A stretch of DNA of 63,305 nucleotides from a virus. Taxonomy: Duplodnaviria; Caudoviricetes. Shown in pieces: positions 1-7,479 of the stretch (the first letter of the stretch is position 1; each line of letters opens with the position of its first letter). Location of the stretch: IMG/VR virus record IMGVR_UViG_3300032087_001789, positions 1 through 63,305 of that record; one strand, 5' to 3'. The position numbers were made by a program, and so were the translations under genes. The notes below the pieces were generated by a model. That model saw only the letters and a program-made list of their open reading frames with translations. It searched no databases and was not told the origin of the DNA.

Positions 1-91
1 AACCCGAATCCGAAACGGAATCCCAAACCCCCTACCCCCGATGTTTACCGATTTGGTCAAAATAGTTTTAGGTTTTTGGTCACACGGGCGA
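1..91. repeat. Left copy of 91-bp direct terminal repeat (circular assembly overlap or true DTR)
   Basis: 1-91 is identical to 63215-63305. Confidence 0.95.
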
Positions 92-300
92 AGCGTGGGG
101 ACTATCACACCACCCCCTTTGCCCCACCTTTGGAAGTCTACCCATCTACCCCTCTATCGGGAATGCCTATGCCTACTGCGATAGCGCCTCGAGTCTGCGA
201 GTCTATCACCTGACCTCACCCCCTGACCTCTTCGGGTGTGTATAAGTATTGCGTTAATATATGGGCAATCCACGCTAATAAATGGGCATCGACCCTATCG

Positions 301-811
301 GGTAGGTTCAGTATTTACGGGGGATGCAGGGCGCTCGTACCCCGTGGATATTGACACTTTTGGTAATGTCCCAATGTGACCTTTTATGTTTTAGGAAAAA
401 CACCTCTGTATCCCAATGTTTATGGGGGTTCACGAATTGGCTCTTCGATTAAAGGTCAATCAGTCCTTTTATATTCTGTATCCCTTTGTTTACGGGGCTT
501 TACCTTGTGCGGATTAAGTTCCATCGGTACACCTATACTCTTTTTGACATATGCAACCCCTCTTTTCGGTATTTGGTCTGTGTTCCACGGCTGTATCCCT
601 TTGGTGGCTTGGGTTTCACGGGTTATTAACAACGATGAAAAAAAATAAAATAATTTGTAACTCGCTGAACATCAGAGGGTTTAACTCTTGTCAAGTGTTT
701 TTTTTGGGTTTGTGGATTTGAGTAGGTATAAAATACCAATTTTCACTTTTTTTGGATTTTTTTTCGATGGGCTTGAAATCTTCTGTATCCCGCTGTGGGC
801 TTGGGATAGAG
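301..811. repeat. Five CTGTATCCC-N11-GGG(TTTCAC/ATAGAG)-type imperfect inverted-repeat boxes
   Basis: Copies at 406-434, 476-504, 591-619, 783-811 and inverted at 301-329. Confidence 0.75.
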
Positions 812-904
812 GGCATTTCCTCGCGCGGGTCATATTAAGGCGATTTGGGGGTCTATTTTTTTTGGGGTTGCGTGGTATTGCTTTTTCGACCTACATTGCG
901 AATG

Positions 905-1545
905 TCAATCGGAAGGGTTGAGAGGGCGAGAGCCTCACATAAGAAGACCGACACCGAGACATCGAGGCAGAGATGCTGACTTCCCCGAGGGGATGCCGAT
1001 GTTACCGAGCCGATTCTGTTGCAGGACTAACAGATAAGCCACCCCGTAAGCCGAGCACCACGCTCAACGGATACTTGACCAACACCCACACCGCTTCGAG
1101 GTACGGATGAACGCTGAGAGTAGCAACCGCTATTGTATTACACAGACTCAGTCAGTAAGCCTACCGCAAAGCCATACGGACTGAACGAACAGAGCACCTT
1201 GGATGCAGGATGCACGAACGAACACCACGAACAGAAAACGGGATTCAGCAATGAGTACCGCAGTAGTAATGGTTAGTAGGGCTACCGCAAGAGTTCACAA
1301 GTAAGTCCACCGCAGTACGAAAGTGAGGGTCTGTTGCTTAGACCGAGAACGAGAACATCGCTACGAGGTGCGTACCAAGGTGCGCTCCAAAATCCTCTAT
1401 GTAGAGTCAGTATCAAAGCGTAGGTCTTTGACCCATTCCCGTGGGGTGTGTGTTGAGTCTCTCAGTACCGAAAGTGTTACGTAGAGTATGCGATTAGAGA
1501 ACGAGATGTCAAAGCACGGCAGAGCGAGACTGCCCACCCTACCTA
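905..1545 (+). ncRNA. Candidate large structured non-coding RNA (~630 nt)
   Basis: No credible ORF; many hairpins, GNRA loops, a 16-bp long-range helix 1192-1207/1369-1387 and a terminal T-loop-like hairpin 1518-1534. Confidence 0.7.
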
Positions 1546-1580
1546 ACCCGAGCCACCCACGGCTCACAAATTCAATTGCT

Positions 1581-1751
1581 ATGTACACAGCGACATTAGT
1601 TTACACAACCCCTATCTATGGTGGGGTTGAGCGTGTGAAACTCACTAAAAGAGGGGACAAATTCTTGGTAAAGGCGTTTATAAACTACCAAAGAAGTGTC
1701 CTACCAAGCGATGCAACCATTGTCTACGACTGCATCGTAAAGTCTAACTAA
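1581..1751 (+). CDS. Small early hypothetical protein (start moved to ATG 1581)
   Basis: ATG follows the repeated leader motif; the upstream part of the track ORF lies in the structured RNA. Confidence 0.6.
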   Translation: MYTATLVYTTPIYGGVERVKLTKRGDKFLVKAFINYQRSVLPSDATIVYDCIVKSN

Positions 1752-1756
1752 GACAA

Positions 1757-1809
1757 GGGTAGTGATAGACTGAGATAAGGTCTATGCCGAGGTCGTGCTC
1801 GGACTACCC
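1757..1809 (+). ncRNA. Three-way-junction tRNA-like element, copy A
   Basis: GGGTAGT/ACTACCC closing stem, TAGAC/GTCTA hairpin, CCGAG-GTCGTG-CTCGG hairpin; covaries with 3910-3963. Confidence 0.75.
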
Positions 1810-1839
1810 CCTAATATAAATCCACTAAAATCAAGTGTT

Positions 1840-2079
1840 ATGGCTAAGGTCACAAGAAGCACCTCGGGTGCTAAGTTCCTTTCAAATAAGGACAAATTCG
1901 ATGCGGTTCAATTCGCAGATTTCAATGTAAACCACAAACCTGCAGGAGGTCGTGCTGAGCGCCTCGCAATGAAACAGAGACTCGCAGAGGCAAAGGCTCT
2001 GTTGAGCGCTCCAAAAGAGGTAGTATCTGTAGGGTACGTTGAGGTAAAGTCTAACCTAAAATTCGCTTACGCAGTATGA
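1840..2079 (+). CDS. Small basic early hypothetical protein
   Basis: ATG 1840 in an AT-rich context, MAKVTRST... Confidence 0.7.
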   Translation: MAKVTRSTSGAKFLSNKDKFDAVQFADFNVNHKPAGGRAERLAMKQRLAEAKALLSAPKEVVSVGYVEVKSNLKFAYAV

Positions 2080-2351
2080 GTCTCAAGAGCAACATCTTCA
2101 AGGTATTGGTGGAAACACCAAAGACACAATTGTACGGCATAATGGGTACGGGTACGAGCCACGAGTTCTACCCTATCCGCTATGTAAGTAGCCTCATCCA
2201 ATTGCATATGGATGAGAACGAGGTAGAGAAAGTAGGCGATGACCCGAAATTGGTGCAACTGATAGAACTCTATAGCGATATCTGTGCTCAGTTCACGCAG
2301 GGCGATTCTGCCGTTCAAGGAAGTATTCTAAGTCTAACCAAAAATCTGTAA
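2076..2351 (+). CDS. Hypothetical protein
   Basis: ATGA-coupled to the upstream ORF. Confidence 0.7.
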   Translation: MSLKSNIFKVLVETPKTQLYGIMGTGTSHEFYPIRYVSSLIQLHMDENEVEKVGDDPKLVQLIELYSDICAQFTQGDSAVQGSILSLTKNL

Positions 2352-2355
2352 TCGT

Positions 2356-2424
2356 ATGTTAACACTATGTGTAGCAACTTTAGTAGTAGAGTCTTCGGTT
2401 CTACTATACTTGGGGCGTAAGTAA
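2356..2424 (+). CDS. Possible 22-aa hydrophobic peptide (MLTLCVATLVVESSVLLYLGRK)
   Basis: Short ORF read by eye; it overlaps two hairpins. Confidence 0.3.
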   Translation: MLTLCVATLVVESSVLLYLGRK

Positions 2425-2431
2425 CCCCAAC

Positions 2432-2479
2432 GGGTATAACGGCTTTAGGTCGGGGCAGTTTCAAGGGACTGCGATACCC
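2432..2479 (+). ncRNA. Three-way-junction tRNA-like element, copy B
   Basis: GGGTAT/ATACCC closing stem, CGGC/GTCG hairpin, GCAGT-TTCAAGGG-ACTGC hairpin. Confidence 0.6.
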
Positions 2480-2521
2480 CCTAATTTATTTTTAACCGAC
2501 CCACCACGGGTCACAAATTCA

Positions 2522-3898
2522 ATGCGTATGCGTTTTGTAGCAGATGTATGGGCTGTAGCCCAAATGAGTCTCGAGTTCAATAGAACTGAGGTATTGTGTA
2601 TGGCTGAAAAGAGCCAAGACTTATTCCGTAAAGCAGGTATCAATACCGCATCAACGGGTAAGATGAGCACCAAACAAGCGGTGCGTAAAATCGGTGCAGG
2701 TAGCAATCGTGAGTATAGCGAAAAGTATGGTACTGAGTTCATCAAGTTCATCGTGGGTTTCCGCAAGGCTGACAACACAATGTCGGTCTTCTACGAGGAT
2801 GACAATGGCGAGAGCCAAGTAGCGACATTCGCCACCCACGAGTTCTCTCAAGATGAGGGGCAGAGATTTACCCTCGGAACTTGGAACTACGCCATTCGCC
2901 AAGTGAAAGCAATCCGTGATGAGATGCTGAGATTCGCCACCTACGTTAGAGGCGAGGAAGAGAAAACACAACCGCAGACTGAGTCTGCACAAACCACACA
3001 AACTATGCAAGGACAAGACCCTATGCAGATGCTGACCCAAGCGTTGGCGATGATGTCTCAAAGTGGGGCATCAGTAGATGAGGCTCAAGTAGAGGCTATC
3101 GTTGAGCGTAAACTCAAGGATATCAAGCCCACCAAGGTTGAGGTCGTGACTGCGACTGCGACCAAGCGTGTTGAGACTGCACACAAGTCATTCGCTGATG
3201 CGGTGGCGCTTGTGGGTATGAAGAAGAACATCGCCTTGATTGGCGAGGCAGGAAGCGGTAAGTCTCACGGGGCTATTCAAATGGCTCGTGCCTTAGACTT
3301 AGACTATGTCGTTGAGTCTTGTCACGGCAAGATGCAGTCGTTCGATTTGGTTGGTGCTATCAGCCCGACAACGGGCGAGTACATCAGCACGAAATTGCGT
3401 GATGCATACGAGAATGGTAAGGTGCTCATCCTCGATGAGTTTGACCGCTCAAATACTGAGACTACCATTGCCTTGAATGGTATCCTTGCAGGGGACTGCT
3501 ACGGATTCCCCGATGGAATGGTTGAGCGCCACGCTGACTTCCGTGTGATTGCTTGTCAAAACACATTCGGTACGGGGGCATCTAAGACTTACGCCTCGGC
3601 TAAGCCTCAAGATGGTTCTACGCTCACTCGTTTCACTCGCATTGAGTGGAATATCGACACCAAGTTAGAGAAAGCGATTTGTGGCGATACTGAGGCTACT
3701 CGTGTAGTTCAGTCTATCCGCAAGAATGCTAAGGATAATGGCTACGACCAAATCCTTATCACGCCTCGCCAAGCGATTGACTGCAACCAAATGGTTGATA
3801 GCCTCGGTTGGACATTGAAGAAGGCTGTTGAGTTCTCTTGTTTGAACGGGCTTCCTGCAGATGTCAAGAAGCGTTTGTTGAATGGCGTATCACTATAA
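2522..3898 (+). CDS. MoxR/CbbQ/CobS-like AAA+ ATPase
   Basis: Walker A GEAGSGKS, Walker B LILDEFD, sensor ACQN, arginine finger TRF, ITPR motif. Confidence 0.9.
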   Translation: MRMRFVADVWAVAQMSLEFNRTEVLCMAEKSQDLFRKAGINTASTGKMSTKQAVRKIGAGSNREYSEKYGTEFIKFIVGFRKADNTMSVFYEDDNGESQVATFATHEFSQDEGQRFTLGTWNYAIRQVKAIRDEMLRFATYVRGEEEKTQPQTESAQTTQTMQGQDPMQMLTQALAMMSQSGASVDEAQVEAIVERKLKDIKPTKVEVVTATATKRVETAHKSFADAVALVGMKKNIALIGEAGSGKSHGAIQMARALDLDYVVESCHGKMQSFDLVGAISPTTGEYISTKLRDAYENGKVLILDEFDRSNTETTIALNGILAGDCYGFPDGMVERHADFRVIACQNTFGTGASKTYASAKPQDGSTLTRFTRIEWNIDTKLEKAICGDTEATRVVQSIRKNAKDNGYDQILITPRQAIDCNQMVDSLGWTLKKAVEFSCLNGLPADVKKRLLNGVSL

Positions 3899-3909
3899 CG
3901 ATTCGCTAA

Positions 3910-3963
3910 GGGTAGCGGACTGACTGCAACAAGGTCAGCGCTGAGGTCGTGCTCGGGCTACCC
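3910..3963 (+). ncRNA. Three-way-junction tRNA-like element, copy C
   Basis: GGGTAGC/GCTACCC, CTGAC-TGCAACAAG-GTCAG, CTGAG-GTCGTG-CTCGG. Confidence 0.75.
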
Positions 3964-4001
3964 ACTATTAACCGCCCACCACGGGCACAATACAATGCTA
4001 T

Positions 4002-4931
4002 ATGCGTTACGAAATCAAAGAAGACTACAAGACAGATTACCGCCACTCACGGAAAGGTAAACTGACCCTCACGCAGACTACATTCAGCGAGTTTGTTGAG
4101 ATGTCGAACCGAGAGGATGTCGAGCATTCCGATTGGGGTTCGGACTGCCGTGAAACGGGTTCGTTCTACGGCAACATCGGGTCGTACGAAGAGATGTATG
4201 ATGCGTGTTACAACGGAATGGGCGTGAAGAAAATGCTCAAGGCTCGTGCAGACTTGGGTGCGCTACTCAACCACGAGGTTGAAGAGCCACGCAAGGCGGT
4301 TGTGGGCGAGGCGCTCAATGTCGGGGCGTATTGCAACGGCAACCCGTTCCACTACTACAAGGATGCGGATGAGTTCGCTAAGCCTCGTGTACACATCGTG
4401 TACAGCACCAATGCGGTTGCAGGTGTGAGCGCTACGCAGTTCACACGACACGGGGGTGCGATTTGCGCCCTTGTTGACCAACTCGCTCAGCAGGTTGATG
4501 TGAAGATTAGTCTGTACATCAGCAACGAGAGTGTGTTCGGGGGTAACGGATGTCAAGTCGTGACTATCAAAGACTACGAAGATGTGGTCGATGTGCCTCG
4601 TGTATCCGCTACGGCTCATCCGAGTTTCTTCCGCAGAATTGGGTTCACTTGGTTTGAGAATGCAAGTAAGTTAATTCACTCGAGTATACGCTCGGGGTAT
4701 GGCGGTAGCCGTACGGGATATCAGCGTAGCAAGTACATCATCAGCGATGATGACTTCCGTGATTGGGTCGGGATGAACAACGATGAAATGGTTGTCGACT
4801 TCCCTGCACCCGATGAGGAGCAGTTCCGTGACAACGGCAGAACGGCACATTGGTTGAAGACTGCTATCAGCACCATTGAGAATGGTGTGCAGTCTAATGA
4901 AAACATTGTAAAACTATTCGGCTTATGCTAA
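4002..4931 (+). CDS. vWA/CobT-like partner of the MoxR ATPase
   Basis: Adjacent to the MoxR ATPase; G..LNVGAY..GNP segment, beta/alpha core, HPSFFRRIGF motif. Confidence 0.6.
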   Translation: MRYEIKEDYKTDYRHSRKGKLTLTQTTFSEFVEMSNREDVEHSDWGSDCRETGSFYGNIGSYEEMYDACYNGMGVKKMLKARADLGALLNHEVEEPRKAVVGEALNVGAYCNGNPFHYYKDADEFAKPRVHIVYSTNAVAGVSATQFTRHGGAICALVDQLAQQVDVKISLYISNESVFGGNGCQVVTIKDYEDVVDVPRVSATAHPSFFRRIGFTWFENASKLIHSSIRSGYGGSRTGYQRSKYIISDDDFRDWVGMNNDEMVVDFPAPDEEQFRDNGRTAHWLKTAISTIENGVQSNENIVKLFGLC

Positions 4932-5179
4932 ACTTCAAATTATTGGAAGGGGGCTACCACGGAAGGTTGGTAGCCCACAAGGAAACGGGATTGATTGGTC
5001 GCATCCGTGACAAGACCTACAACCTCTTCTACGAGGTGGACTTCGAGCGTGATGAGTACGAGATGGAAATGCTCGAGGACAATCCCTATAGCCACTTCAC
5101 ATTGGAAGAGGCAGTACAATACAACCCTTTCCCTAATCGCAAATTCTGTAAGGGGGAAGACCTAATCCTTTTAGACTAA
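4925..5179 (+). CDS. Hypothetical protein
   Basis: ORF in the tightly packed early operon. Confidence 0.7.
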   Translation: MLNFKLLEGGYHGRLVAHKETGLIGRIRDKTYNLFYEVDFERDEYEMEMLEDNPYSHFTLEEAVQYNPFPNRKFCKGEDLILLD

Positions 5180-5183
5180 CATT

Positions 5184-5486
5184 ATGAGAGATGTAATCGT
5201 GGGCACACTTATGCTATCGAGTGGGGTATGGTTCTCACTTGGATTCGCCTACACAGACTTCGGTATGCTGTGGGTTGCGGTAGTCTTCGCACTACTGACC
5301 TTTGGTTTCTGCATCGCAGAGGCTATCTACAAGCGCAACTACAAGTCGTACGATGTACAGACTTACGAGTGCATTCGCTATGGCGATGAGTTCTTCCTAA
5401 AGGATGAACACGGGTCGGTACGCCCAAGCAATCGTGCCGAGGTATCTAAACTTTATTCTAAAAATCAAATCACAAAATTCAAATGA
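5184..5486 (+). CDS. Hypothetical membrane protein
   Basis: Two N-terminal hydrophobic segments. Confidence 0.7.
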   Translation: MRDVIVGTLMLSSGVWFSLGFAYTDFGMLWVAVVFALLTFGFCIAEAIYKRNYKSYDVQTYECIRYGDEFFLKDEHGSVRPSNRAEVSKLYSKNQITKFK

Positions 5487-5686
5487 AAAACGCTATCAAC
5501 TACGACTTCGGGTCGCTAAACATTCAATCATTCTACGATTCTGCAACTGAGGTTGCTAAGTCTGTCATCCGTTGGGATGGCGCTATTATGGAAACGCTAA
5601 AGTACAAAGCCTCATCTTCGGATGATGCAATCGACCAAGCGGTACGCTACGCAACTGAATACGCACAACTTCAAATCGTTGGGTAA
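5483..5686 (+). CDS. Hypothetical protein
   Basis: ATGA coupling. Confidence 0.7.
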   Translation: MKNAINYDFGSLNIQSFYDSATEVAKSVIRWDGAIMETLKYKASSSDDAIDQAVRYATEYAQLQIVG

Positions 5687-5889
5687 TGGATACAAATACA
5701 GAATTATACTTAGACTACTACTTCAGCGGTAGTGACCAAGAACTCAATGACATACTGATGACATTGGGCGAGATTGTTAGAGAGCAACTCTATCGAACGG
5801 GAACGGCAAAGGTGGATGTTCAGACTCTTATGGAGGGTGCTGACCCGCACGATTTTTACGATTGGGTAGACCAACAAAGACTGATGTAA
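5686..5889 (+). CDS. Small acidic hypothetical protein
   Basis: TAATG coupling. Confidence 0.7.
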   Translation: MDTNTELYLDYYFSGSDQELNDILMTLGEIVREQLYRTGTAKVDVQTLMEGADPHDFYDWVDQQRLM

Positions 5890-5890
5890 T

Positions 5891-6070
5891 ATGGCTATAA
5901 CGAAAGAAATGTGGTTCGCCTACCGAGCCGTACAAGATGCAGGGTACTACAATATGTTTGACCCGAGGGCGTTGGCTTTGGCTAACGAGATGAACGATTT
6001 GGATATGACCAAGCAACAATGGTCATTCATACAGACTAACTATTCTAAACTCAAAGAGACTTATGAGTAA
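5891..6070 (+). CDS. 59-aa protein, DUF5049-like (not in ORF track)
   Basis: MAITKEMWFAYRAVQDAGYYNMFDPRA...; G..NMFD motif; fills the gap in the operon. Confidence 0.6.
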   Translation: MAITKEMWFAYRAVQDAGYYNMFDPRALALANEMNDLDMTKQQWSFIQTNYSKLKETYE

Positions 6071-6290
6071 GACAATCCGAGTGGCTATGCGAGTCACACA
6101 AATCCACGAATGTTGGTGTGAGGTCGAGGTTACCGACCAACAATTCGAAGACTACTGCAACAATGTTGCAGACCCCGTAGACTTCCTTACCGATGAGGAT
6201 GTCGAAAAGGTATACCAAGAGTCGGGTCAGTTTGACCTTGACTTCCAAGAAGAGACTACGGAAATCCTATGGGATGACCATATGGTCTAA
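6063..6290 (+). CDS. Small, highly acidic hypothetical protein
   Basis: D/E-rich 75 aa. Confidence 0.7.
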   Translation: MSKTIRVAMRVTQIHECWCEVEVTDQQFEDYCNNVADPVDFLTDEDVEKVYQESGQFDLDFQEETTEILWDDHMV

Positions 6291-6356
6291 GCGTGTATGG
6301 TACTCTTGTCCGAGCATTGCTCCAAGAGGTCGGGCGGTTCGATTCCGCCCCACGCT
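6290..6356 (+). ncRNA. D-armless tRNA-like element, copy D
   Basis: AGCGTG/CACGCT, TATGGTA linker, CTCTTG/CAAGAG arm, GTC, GGGCGG-TTCGATT-CCGCCC T-arm; no CCA. Confidence 0.75.
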
Positions 6357-6468
6357 ACTCAGCAATCGTTCACTATAACGATTCGCCCTCAGCGACCCTG
6401 CCTCAAGTGGTTATAATAATGCAGGATAGAGGGTAACAACTTTTATTCACTAATCTTAATTTAATCTT

Positions 6469-6606
6469 ATGGATTACTTCACTCTCGAAGAGATGGCGTT
6501 TCTGTTTAGACTACACCCACTCTTCCCTTATTGGTTGGCGGTTACTTGTTTAGCCGTAATCGGATTATTAATGCCTAAAATGAAAAAGCAAAATGATAGA
6601 GACTAA
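6469..6606 (+). CDS. 45-aa single-TM peptide (not in ORF track)
   Basis: MDYFTLEEMAFLFRLHPLFPYWLAVTCLAVIGLLMPKMKK...; AT-rich leader. Confidence 0.55.
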   Translation: MDYFTLEEMAFLFRLHPLFPYWLAVTCLAVIGLLMPKMKKQNDRD

Positions 6607-7021
6607 GGAAACGATTCTCGAGTATTGGTTCGGGATGAAACTCAAGCGCCACGGATACCAACCCGAGGCAAGGACACGGAACGCACTTGACAAGTGGTTC
6701 ATCGAGAAAGGTTACAAGCCTATGCACCGAGCATATAGCGAACACTTTTCCGAATACTACAACGAGAACAACCAAAAGGCAATCTTCGTTGATGAGATAG
6801 ACTACTTTGATGATGCGATTATATGCGCTGAGGCTTGGGTCTTGATTTGGAGCAAAGAGAGATGTCAATACTTCTTCGCACCTTACGGGGCGGTTAGAGA
6901 TGTGGGCATCCATTGGGGGCATCGTGAGATTACCTACACAGACAAGGACAACTCAACCGAGAAGGACTTGCAGAAAACTTTAGAAACACTAATTGATTTA
7001 ACTTTGGCTTATGAACTTTGA
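6593..7021 (+). CDS. Hypothetical protein
   Basis: ORF track. Confidence 0.7.
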   Translation: MIETKETILEYWFGMKLKRHGYQPEARTRNALDKWFIEKGYKPMHRAYSEHFSEYYNENNQKAIFVDEIDYFDDAIICAEAWVLIWSKERCQYFFAPYGAVRDVGIHWGHREITYTDKDNSTEKDLQKTLETLIDLTLAYEL

Positions 7022-7385
7022 TGACATTATGAACGGGGGACTGAACCCCGAAGAGAGACTCGGTAGAGACATTACCGAGGTCTACGAACTCGACACCGAG
7101 AAGACTAAACGCAATGTCTTCGACTTGGTAAAACTTATGCAGTCCGAGGATGTTATGGACTCGGATATCATCGACACCGCTATGTCCGTTACGACAGACT
7201 CGAAAGAGTTAGCGGTCACGATGCACTTGGTAATGAAGGCTGTTATCAGCGACCTTATGGATTCGTTTGATGAGGCAGGGACATTGCTCGATATGACTCG
7301 TGAGTGTATAGAGGAAATGGGCGATGATGTTGCTGAGCAATACGCATCGTTGATGATGTCTAAGATTATTAGAAAGGGTCTATAG
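7011..7385 (+). CDS. Acidic helical hypothetical protein
   Basis: ORF track. Confidence 0.7.
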   Translation: MNFDDIMNGGLNPEERLGRDITEVYELDTEKTKRNVFDLVKLMQSEDVMDSDIIDTAMSVTTDSKELAVTMHLVMKAVISDLMDSFDEAGTLLDMTRECIEEMGDDVAEQYASLMMSKIIRKGL

Positions 7386-7423
7386 CCCTCGTGTGCGTGT
7401 GTGCGCACTATGAATATATATAT

Positions 7424-7460
7424 GTAGTGAGAGTAGCATATATGCTACTACTCTCACTAC
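7424..7460. repeat. Long near-perfect palindrome flanked by (TA)n and (GT)n tracts
   Basis: GTAGTGAGAG-TAGCATATATGCTA-cta-CTCTCACTAC. Confidence 0.8.
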
Positions 7461-7479
7461 TCAAAGACTATATATCACA

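Noticed and set aside
376-921. ORFs 376-648 and 688-921
   Set aside because: Non-ATG starts, T-tract low-complexity translations, and overlap with the repeat boxes; probably non-coding.
905-1545. tmRNA, RNase P RNA or self-splicing intron
   Set aside because: No GGGG...CCACCA alanine acceptor or tag ORF, no RNase P GAGGAAAGTCC motif, no interrupted gene or group II domain V seen. A formal Rfam search is still needed.
1757-1809. Hammerhead ribozyme (three-way junction containing CTGA)
   Set aside because: CTGA is at a stem-loop rather than in the junction, and the CUGAnGA/GAAA core is absent.
3890-3906. T7-type RNA polymerase promoter (TCACTATA)
   Set aside because: The upstream TAATACGAC and the +1 G run are missing, and no single-subunit RNA polymerase is encoded.
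301-3996. CRISPR array or mini-array
   Set aside because: The repeats are degenerate, irregularly spaced and separated by genes; no cas genes.
6290-6356. Canonical tRNA gene (GGTTCGATTCC T-arm)
   Set aside because: No D-stem, no 7-nt anticodon loop and no CCA; kept only as a tRNA-like element. The same applies to 11692-11732.
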